Source: Desulfobacteraceae bacterium (GTDB lineage: Bacteria > Desulfobacterota > Desulfobacteria > Desulfobacterales > JALSRD01). Taken from it: a DNA stretch of 64,000 bases. Under the pieces are notes generated by a model. It saw nothing but the letters and a program-made list of their open reading frames with translations, was not told the origin of the DNA and did no database searches. The translations under genes were made by a program, and so were the position numbers. The stretch's first letter is position 1, and the number at the start of each line of letters is the position of its first letter. Of this stretch, positions 57,575-64,000 are shown in pieces. The stretch is from positions 8,644 through 72,643 of the forward strand of contig JAMOVG010000392.1 of assembly GCA_027061725.1 (NCBI GenBank), given 5' to 3'.

Positions 57575-58786
57575 TTACTTTGCCGGGCGCAGTTTCCGGA
57601 CCTCGGCGTCAGATGGCAGGAAGTCCTTGCCGTCCATGTACTTCCAGTCGACCATGATGCCCTTGCCGTCCTTGAGGGCCGTGTAGCCCACGTAGGCGCC
57701 CATGGTGGACTGGTGGTCGATCTTGCGGTAGGTAATGGGGCCCACCGGCGATGCGAAGGTCAGTCCTTCCATGGCGTCTACCATCTTCTCGGTGTCGGTG
57801 CTGTTGGCCTTCTTGAGCATGTGGTAGACGGACATCATGGTGCAGTAGCCCACCAGCGACCCGGTGCGCGGGTAGTCGTTGTACTTCTTGCGGTATGCGT
57901 CCAGAAACTTGGTGTGCGCCGGGGTCTTGATGGCGTACCAGGGATAACCGGTGACCAGCCATCCCACGGGCGCCTCGGCTTTGAGCGGATCGAGGTATTC
58001 GGGCTCGCCGGTCAGCAGGCTGACCACGAAACGGTCCTTGAAAAAGCCGCGCAGTTTGCCTTCGCGCACGAACTTGGCCAGGTCACCGCCGAAGGTGACG
58101 TTGTAGACGGCCTCAGGGTTGGCTTCGGTGAGCGCCTGGATCTCGGAGCCGGCGTTGATCTTGAAAAGCGCCGGCCACTGCTCGGCCACGAACTTGGCGT
58201 CGGGATTCTTGGCCAAAAGGACTTTTTTAAACGATTTGACGGCGTCTTTGCCGTAGGCATAGTTGGGGGCGATGGTGGCCCAGCGCTTGGCCGGTTTTTT
58301 GGCGGCCTCCACGGCCAGCATGGCGGCCTGCATGTAGGTGGAGGGGCGCAGCCGGAAAGTGTAGCGGTTGCCCTTGGCCCACACCAGGGCGTCCGAGAGG
58401 GGTTCGGCTGCCACGTAGAGCACCTTGTTGCGCTTGGAAAAATCCGTCAGTGCCAGTCCCACGTGGGAAAAGAAGGAACCCATTATCAGGGCCACTTTGT
58501 CCTTGCGCACCAGTTCCTCGGCGATCTTGACGGCCTCGCCCGGTTTGCCGGCGTCGTCGCGGGAGATGACCTCGATCTTTTTTCCCATCACACCGCCGGC
58601 GGCGTTGATTTCGGCAAGGGCCAGCTTCCATCCGTTGCGGTAGGGAAAGGTGAAGTTGGTCAGTTTACTGTAGGTGTTGATCTCGCCGATCTTGATGGTG
58701 TCGCCGGCCGTGGCGGTCACGGCGGGCACCAGCATCATCAGGGCGGCAAACAGCAGCAACAGGGTCAATGGTTGACTTCTACGCAT
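57575..58786 (-). CDS. ABC transporter periplasmic substrate-binding protein (type I PBP, Peripla_BP_6-like)
   Basis: Signal peptide, IKIGEINTYS start of the mature domain, and LivK-family length and pattern. Confidence 0.9.
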   Translation of the reverse strand: MRRSQPLTLLLLFAALMMLVPAVTATAGDTIKIGEINTYSKLTNFTFPYRNGWKLALAEINAAGGVMGKKIEVISRDDAGKPGEAVKIAEELVRKDKVALIMGSFFSHVGLALTDFSKRNKVLYVAAEPLSDALVWAKGNRYTFRLRPSTYMQAAMLAVEAAKKPAKRWATIAPNYAYGKDAVKSFKKVLLAKNPDAKFVAEQWPALFKINAGSEIQALTEANPEAVYNVTFGGDLAKFVREGKLRGFFKDRFVVSLLTGEPEYLDPLKAEAPVGWLVTGYPWYAIKTPAHTKFLDAYRKKYNDYPRTGSLVGYCTMMSVYHMLKKANSTDTEKMVDAMEGLTFASPVGPITYRKIDHQSTMGAYVGYTALKDGKGIMVDWKYMDGKDFLPSDAEVRKLRPAK

Positions 58787-58830
58787 GGGTTTCCTCCTTG
58801 GTTGTTAGGGGGTTTTCGGTCCGAGGTCCG

Positions 58831-58851
58831 GTGCCGGCTGCTTGCCGGCAC
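58831..58851 (-). other. perfect 8-bp GC-rich hairpin in the spacer between the UPF0280 and SBP genes
   Basis: GTGCCGGC-tgctt-GCCGGCAC with no U-tract. Possible intercistronic mRNA processing or stability element. Confidence 0.4.
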
Positions 58852-58858
58852 GAAATCC

Positions 58859-59713
58859 TCACGGTTTTGTTAGTAACGCTTCGATTCCGCCGGCCGTGGC
58901 GCTCAGCCCACCCAGGGAGATGACAGCCCCCCGGATGAGGCCGGCTTCGCACAGGGCCTCGGCGTTTTCCGCGGCCCGTGCCAGGGCCCGCCGCTGCCGG
59001 GCGGGATGAATCGGGCCCACCCGCACGGTGACGGTCAGTCCGGCGATGTCGGTGTCGGGGTCGAGCGCTTCAGCCGGCCGGCGCATGATGTTTTCGTCCT
59101 CGACGTTACAGGCGTTGGCGACGGCCGTGGCGGCGGCGTCGGCCACCGCCGTGCGTTCGGCCACCACCGTGACGGCCGAGGCGATACCGCGGGTGAAGCT
59201 GCGGCCGCCAAGCCCGCTGGTGGCCACCCCCCAGTCGGACGCCCGATCGTCCAGCGTCAGTACCCCGGCGATGCAGGGGTCGTCGATGGCGGAGCGCAGA
59301 CCCACGCGCACCGATTGGCCGTCTGCCAGTCGCACGGCGATGTCACCGCCGTTGTTCACCACCGCCCTGTGCATGCCCATGGCGGCCAGGCGGTCGGCCA
59401 CGGCGTCGGCGATGGTGCCGGCCACGGCGGCCATGGGGGTCAGGTCCGCCGCCCCCACGGCCGCGACCGCCGCCACCATGGTCGCGGCCAGCGGGTCGTC
59501 CGGCGGTGGGGTGAACGCCAGCGCCGGTCGGCGAAAGGCCCCCCGCCAGGCGGCCACGCGCGCCAGGCAGTCGAAGGCCGTTTGCGCTGCCTCCCGGGCG
59601 GCGTCGATCTGCGGCCGTCCGTTTTTTTCGGCCTTTATCACCAGGTGCATGGGGCCCCAGGCGGCCGTGACCGTCTCGCCGGACGGATCTGTCATAATCT
59701 GGCGGTCCTGCAC
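58859..59713 (-). CDS. UPF0280 family protein (ApbE-superfamily fold)
   Basis: Pattern MHLVIKAEKNG ... TPMAAVAGTIADAVADRL ... VVNNGGDIAV ... GVATSGLGGRSFTRGIASAVTVVA recognised as UPF0280/ApbE-like. Lies 23 nt downstream of the reductase gene. Confidence 0.75.
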   Translation of the reverse strand: MQDRQIMTDPSGETVTAAWGPMHLVIKAEKNGRPQIDAAREAAQTAFDCLARVAAWRGAFRRPALAFTPPPDDPLAATMVAAVAAVGAADLTPMAAVAGTIADAVADRLAAMGMHRAVVNNGGDIAVRLADGQSVRVGLRSAIDDPCIAGVLTLDDRASDWGVATSGLGGRSFTRGIASAVTVVAERTAVADAAATAVANACNVEDENIMRRPAEALDPDTDIAGLTVTVRVGPIHPARQRRALARAAENAEALCEAGLIRGAVISLGGLSATAGGIEALLTKP

Positions 59714-59736
59714 AGTCTATATCGTTCGCCTTTGTC

Positions 59737-61254
59737 CTATTTTCGGGGTTCGCGTGCGTGGAAGGGCCTCATGGCCTCCACGTGGCCGCCCATGGCCTCG
59801 TAGTCCTCCCGCGTCATGGTATACTCCAGCGGACAGATGGTGGCCGGCGTGGGCGTCCAGTAGAAAGCGCCCGCCGCGACCCGCTGGACGTCCACCATGA
59901 AGGTGATGCCGCCCCCGGGCCATATGAATCCCGGTGCGCCGCCCACCGTCAGGTGAGCCTTTCCGGCGTGCACGGCCCGCGTGAGCTTCACCGGCTGGCG
60001 CGTGACCCCGGCCCGGGCGCTGCCGCCGGCGCCGCCGGTGTATACGGCCGACACCAGCGAGGGTTCGCAGGCCTCCGAGATGGCGGTCAGTGCCCGGCGT
60101 GCCGCCGGCGTCAGCGGCATCGGCTCCAGTTCGCCACCGCCGGCCACGCGGAACAGGCGACCCTGCTGGCCGGTGGTCTCGGTGACCAGGATGGTCATGC
60201 CCGGCCGGGCCACCGTCATGTCGATGTCGGCGATGATGTCCGCCGGGTCGGTGATGGAGGTGCCGCCCCATCCGTCGCCGTGGTCTCCGAAGCAGCGGCC
60301 GGGCGTGCTCTCGGGAAACACCAGGCGCACCCCCGAGGGCCGGGCGCCGGCGTATTGTCCCGCCACGTGACGGCTCATCTGCCCCGTGATGTGCGAGTCG
60401 ATGATGATCACCTCGTCGGCGGCCTGCACCAGCAGCGGAGCGAACAGCCCCATGGTGGCGCTGCCGCAGCCCACACGCATACGGGCAGCCTCGCGGCCGT
60501 TGATCACCGGCGGGCAACCCACCTGGATCTCCAGCCGCGTGTGTTTCTCGATCCGGAGGCGCACGCGCCGGCGGTTGGCGATGTCCGTGACGGCGCGGGC
60601 GGCCGCGAAGCCGTTCCGCCCCGTCAGCCGGTTGACACCGCCGACGTGCAGCATCTTGGAGCCATACTGCTCGGTTTCGACCATACCGATCTCGCGCCCG
60701 CCGGCGAAAATGCGGTCTCCCTCCCGGCCCATGTCGATGTCGGTGTCCACCTTGACGACCACCGAGCTATAGCTCAGCGGCACTTCGGTGACCACCGTGA
60801 CCACGTCCACGCCTCCCTGCCGGCCGCTGACGATGCGCGGCGCCGGCTTGCAGTCCGGGTAGGTGGTGCCGGCGCCGATGGCCGTCACCAGCGGGCGCCG
60901 GATGGGCTCGGCCGGGTCGGGACCCACCGTGTCGGAGACGTCGGCGTAGGTCTGCAGCGGCGTGGTGCGCACCAGCTGTCCAGAGGTGTTGGCGTAGCGT
61001 CGGCAGGCCCCCTCGTAGCCGGGGCGGATGCGGCAGCGGATGGGACAGGCGTCGCATACCACGGCGTCCGGGGCCGGCGCTTCGGGAGGTGTGACGGCCC
61101 CGTGTTCGCACACCCGCAGGCAGACCCCGCAATCCGTGCAGCGGCCCGCGTCGACGACGGCCTTTTTCTTCACCAGGCGCACCGCCTCCAGCGGGCAGTC
61201 CCGCACGCAGAAACCGCAGCCTACACAGTCGTCTACAGAGATGTTCACGCTCAT
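59737..61254 (-). CDS. 6-hydroxynicotinate reductase-like iron-sulfur flavoprotein
   Basis: N-terminal 2x[4Fe-4S] ferredoxin motifs (CVGCGFCVRDCP, CTDCGVCLRVCE), then a Cys cluster CDACPIRCRIRPGYEGACRRYAN and a large C-terminal domain. This is the architecture and context I associate with Eubacterium barkeri Hnr. Not verified by search. Confidence 0.75.
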   Translation of the reverse strand: MSVNISVDDCVGCGFCVRDCPLEAVRLVKKKAVVDAGRCTDCGVCLRVCEHGAVTPPEAPAPDAVVCDACPIRCRIRPGYEGACRRYANTSGQLVRTTPLQTYADVSDTVGPDPAEPIRRPLVTAIGAGTTYPDCKPAPRIVSGRQGGVDVVTVVTEVPLSYSSVVVKVDTDIDMGREGDRIFAGGREIGMVETEQYGSKMLHVGGVNRLTGRNGFAAARAVTDIANRRRVRLRIEKHTRLEIQVGCPPVINGREAARMRVGCGSATMGLFAPLLVQAADEVIIIDSHITGQMSRHVAGQYAGARPSGVRLVFPESTPGRCFGDHGDGWGGTSITDPADIIADIDMTVARPGMTILVTETTGQQGRLFRVAGGGELEPMPLTPAARRALTAISEACEPSLVSAVYTGGAGGSARAGVTRQPVKLTRAVHAGKAHLTVGGAPGFIWPGGGITFMVDVQRVAAGAFYWTPTPATICPLEYTMTREDYEAMGGHVEAMRPFHAREPRK

Positions 61255-61360
61255 GGTGTCCGTACCTTACGCAGGCGGTGCCCTTTTTCAGAAAGCTTCG
61301 GCAGTCCCGCGCCAAGCGCTTTTCCGAGAACCCGCCAAGTCGGTTATTCGAGATTTACGG

Positions 61361-62515
61361 CTACAGCACCTTCGGTTTCCGGACCGGCGGCGGCGTGTTG
61401 CGGCTCTTGGCGACCACCACCTCGCCGTCCACCAGCACCATGGCTACACCCGGCACGTCGCCGGCGGCGATGGCCGAGAGGGCGTCGCCGCCCACCGACC
61501 CCATGGGGGCGTCCATGATCACCAGGTCGGCTTCGCGGCCCGGCGCGATGACGCCTCTGTTGAGTTTGTGAACGCGCGCCGTGTTGCCGGTGGCCATGCA
61601 CAGGGCCTGCTCGGGTTTGACCGGCGCCAGGCTGGCGATGTGGCACACCACGCGCAGCACGCCCAGGGGCACCACCCCGGTGCCCGAGGGGGCGTCGTTG
61701 CCGATGATGACGCGGTCCAGGGCTCCGTGCTCGGCGCACAGGCGGGCGGCCTCGACGGTCATCTTGGGGTTGCCGCAGTGCACGATTTCGATGGCGTAGC
61801 CGGTCTCAGCGATCAGGCGCTGTACCTCCGCGGGGGCCACCGCCGTGGGGCCGCCGTTGATGTGCGAGACGATGTCCGGGTCGGTCCGGATGACCATCTC
61901 GGCCGTGACCGTGCTGCTGCCCGGAATGGAGGTGCCGCCGGTGTGCATCATGACGGTCATGCCGGCCTCCCGGGCCCACTTGACCATGGGCGCCGCGTCG
62001 GCCGGGTCCTTGACCGAACCCAGGCCGATTTCCCCCACGGTGCGCACGCCCTGGGCCGCCATCTCCTGAAAGTCTTCGCGGGTGAGTCCCTTTTCCAGGA
62101 TCACGGCCCCGCCCACCACCTTGGCCCCGCCGGGCCGGAAAGCGGCGAAAGACTTGGCCGCCAGGATGGCCAGGGCCTTGGTGCCGGCGGGGTCCTTGGG
62201 GCGCCCCGGCAGGTGCACCTCGCCGGCCGAGATGAAGGTGGTCACCCCGCCGTGAACCTCGCTTTCCATGAAACCGCTCTGTTTCTGGCGCGGCGTGTAG
62301 TCGCCCAGAACGTTGTGGCAGTGGGAATCAAACAGTCCCGGCGTCACCGTGGTGCCGGCGCAGTCGATAATCGTATCGGCGTCCTGCATGTCGCCTTCGC
62401 GGCCCACCTGGGCAATGCGGCCGTCTTCGATGCGCACGGCGTCGGCCGCCAGGACCGGTTCATGGATGTCGCCGCTGACGAGGGTTCCGATATTTTTCAA
62501 AAGGACAGTGGACAT
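61361..62515 (-). CDS. enamidase-like amidohydrolase (1,4,5,6-tetrahydro-6-oxonicotinate hydrolase type)
   Basis: Amidohydrolase HxH (FDSHCH). The blocks KNIGTLVSGDI, HTGGTSIPGSSTVTA, SHINGGPTA, GNDAPSGTG and SRNTPP closely match my recollection of E. barkeri enamidase. 384 aa. Confidence 0.85.
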   Translation of the reverse strand: MSTVLLKNIGTLVSGDIHEPVLAADAVRIEDGRIAQVGREGDMQDADTIIDCAGTTVTPGLFDSHCHNVLGDYTPRQKQSGFMESEVHGGVTTFISAGEVHLPGRPKDPAGTKALAILAAKSFAAFRPGGAKVVGGAVILEKGLTREDFQEMAAQGVRTVGEIGLGSVKDPADAAPMVKWAREAGMTVMMHTGGTSIPGSSTVTAEMVIRTDPDIVSHINGGPTAVAPAEVQRLIAETGYAIEIVHCGNPKMTVEAARLCAEHGALDRVIIGNDAPSGTGVVPLGVLRVVCHIASLAPVKPEQALCMATGNTARVHKLNRGVIAPGREADLVIMDAPMGSVGGDALSAIAAGDVPGVAMVLVDGEVVVAKSRNTPPPVRKPKVL

Positions 62516-62516
62516 G

Positions 62517-64000
62517 TTACACCTCCCTGGGCCCGAAATGGCCCGTTGCGATACTGGTTTCGAGAACGCTTTCCAGGCTGGCCGGCAGCGTGTCGATGCG
62601 TTTGCCCAGGGCGTCGGCCAGGGCGTTTAAAATGGCGGGCGCCGTGGGGATCAGGGCCGGTTCGCCCACGCCCTTGGCGCCGAAGGGGCCGCTGGGCTCT
62701 TCGGATTCCACGATGATGGGCACGATTTCCGGCATGTCGGCGCAGGTGGGAATGTGGTAGTCCTTGAGCGACAGGGTGCTGCCGGGCACGAACTGCTCCA
62801 TCAGGGCGAACCCCAGGCCCATGGCCACGCCGCCGCAGATCTGACCACGCACGTTTTCCGGGTGGATGGCACGGCCCACGTCATGGGCCGCCACGATGCG
62901 CGCCACGCGCACCTCTCCGGTGAGCGTGTCGACTTCCACCAGGGCCAGCTGCCCGGCGAAGGCGTAAGTGGCATAGGGAACGCCCTGGCCGGTCGCCGGG
63001 TCCAGGGCCGTGGTGGGCGGATCGAAAAAGCCCTCGAATTCCAGAGAGACCCCCTGGTCGTGCAGCATCTGCGCCAGTCGGGCGAAAGAGACGCAGCCGG
63101 TCTTTTCCGCCCCGGTGATCACTTCCCCGTTCGACAGCGCGAGGGACGCCCTGGGCACCTGCAGCTGATCGGCGGCCGCCTCGAGCAGGGCGGCGGCCAG
63201 TTTTGCGGCGGCCGTCTGGACGGCGTTTCCCGAGATGTAGGTCTGTCGGCTGGCCGAGGTGGCGCCGGCATTGGGGGTCAAGCCGGTGTCGGCCACCACC
63301 AGGCGGATGTCACCGGGCGCCAGGCCCAGCACCTCGGCGCAGATCTGGGTGAGCACGGTGGAGGAGCCCTGGCCGATGTCGGCACACCCCGTGAAGAGTG
63401 TCACGCGGCCCTCGCGGTCCATGGCCACCCGTGCCGTGGCGGGGTTCTTGGTGCCCGTGTTGCCGATGCCGTACCACATGCAGCCGATGCCCACCCCCCG
63501 GCGAATGTAAGGTGAGGAAGGCTCCTGCCGCCACTGACGGCGCGCCTGGTCGTAATGCGGCGTCAGGGCCTGCAGGCACTCTCCGATACCCACGCTGGCC
63601 GAAAGCTTCTGCCCGGTGGCGGTCACCGAACCGGTACGCAAGGCGTTGATGCGCCGGATTTCCAGCGGGTCGATTCCCAGCCGCTGGGCCAGCAGATCCA
63701 TCTGCCCCTCGTGGGCGATGGCCGCCTGGGGCGTGCCGAAGCCGCGCATGGCCCCGCAGAAGGGATGGTTGGTGTAGACGCAGCGGCTCTCGATCTCCAC
63801 GTTTTCAATCTTGTATGGCCCCGTGGCGTGCACTGCCGAGCGCGAGGTCACGGCGATGCCGTAAGAGCCGTAGGCGCCGGTGTTGCAGGTGATCAAAACC
63901 CGGGTGGCGAGCAGCCGTCCCTTTTCGTCGGCGCCGGTGGTAAAATGCATCTCCAGCGGGTGGCGCTTGGCCGTGGCCAGAAAAGCTTCCTCGCGGCTGT
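62517..64000 (-). CDS. xanthine dehydrogenase/aldehyde oxidase family molybdopterin-binding subunit, C-terminal part (N-terminus lies beyond the window end)
   Basis: Mo-hydroxylase large-subunit blocks (GAMRGFGTPQ, DIGQGS, HPENVRGQICGG, GAKGVGEP). The frame stays open upstream of the ATG at 63950 to the window edge. The stop lies 1 nt from the enamidase start. Confidence 0.9.
   Translation of the reverse strand, partial: SREEAFLATAKRHPLEMHFTTGADEKGRLLATRVLITCNTGAYGSYGIAVTSRSAVHATGPYKIENVEIESRCVYTNHPFCGAMRGFGTPQAAIAHEGQMDLLAQRLGIDPLEIRRINALRTGSVTATGQKLSASVGIGECLQALTPHYDQARRQWRQEPSSPYIRRGVGIGCMWYGIGNTGTKNPATARVAMDREGRVTLFTGCADIGQGSSTVLTQICAEVLGLAPGDIRLVVADTGLTPNAGATSASRQTYISGNAVQTAAAKLAAALLEAAADQLQVPRASLALSNGEVITGAEKTGCVSFARLAQMLHDQGVSLEFEGFFDPPTTALDPATGQGVPYATYAFAGQLALVEVDTLTGEVRVARIVAAHDVGRAIHPENVRGQICGGVAMGLGFALMEQFVPGSTLSLKDYHIPTCADMPEIVPIIVESEEPSGPFGAKGVGEPALIPTAPAILNALADALGKRIDTLPASLESVLETSIATGHFGPREV

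Noticed and set aside
61299-61316. Sigma-54-like TTGGCGCGGGACTGCC on the minus strand in the enamidase/Hnr spacer.
   Set aside because: The GG-to-GC spacing is one nucleotide short of the TGGCAC-N5-TTGC consensus, and the -12 reads CTGC.

Overview
GC-rich bacterial chromosomal segment. The gene content looks like a Desulfobacterota/deltaproteobacterium-type Gram-negative: LpxI instead of LpxH, DUF4416, an AtpZ/AtpI-led split F0 operon, and a sigma-54 activator. This taxonomic call is inference only. I can support about 60 protein genes. I found no rRNA, tRNA, CRISPR array, transposase, integrase or phage genes. Layout: (i) 1-6.2 kb holB(3' end)-PSP1-metG-PBP-lysS. (ii) 6.2-29.3 kb, a very large outer-membrane/LPS biogenesis supercluster: lolCD, bamA, skp, lpxD-fabZ-lpxA-lpxI-oxidoreductase-lpxB, msbA, lptFG, lpxK, osmC-like plus waaA on the opposite strand, an lpxL-like gene, two GT2 genes, a deoxyhypusine-synthase-like gene, and hldE. 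(iii) 29.3-36.7 kb housekeeping: Trm112-like, DUF4416, yicC, remA, gmk, rlmB, icd, comF, pgeF, pyrK-like. (iv) 36.9-38.7 kb atpZ-atpI-atpB-atpE with a clean terminator. (v) 38.7-41.8 kb orphan sigma-54 response regulator, a small membrane protein, and a DsbA-like lipoprotein. (vi) 41.9-43.7 kb AT-rich island plus a dnaA with an atypical DNA-binding signature and no dnaN after it. (vii) 43.9-50.6 kb on the minus strand: small Cys protein, suhB, hflX, dnaB, rplI, DUF2232, rpsR, rpsF. (viii) 50.8-64 kb, the only accessory-looking part: an amber-interrupted small ORF, an orphan histidine ammonia-lyase, an HpcH-type aldolase with a small unknown protein, a Liv-type ABC importer, and a co-directional block of UPF0280/ApbE-like, 6-hydroxynicotinate-reductase-like, enamidase-like and molybdo-hydroxylase genes. 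That block matches the upper part of the Eubacterium barkeri-type anaerobic nicotinate pathway. Most of the window is ordinary core genome, and I do not see a clear novel defence or mobile system. The best leads are the nicotinate-type module with its possible flavin-transferase partner, the divergent dnaA in a non-origin-like strand context, the deoxyhypusine-synthase-like gene inside the LPS core operon, and the in-frame TAG in a small exported protein. All functional calls rest on motif and family recognition by eye. No database search was run.
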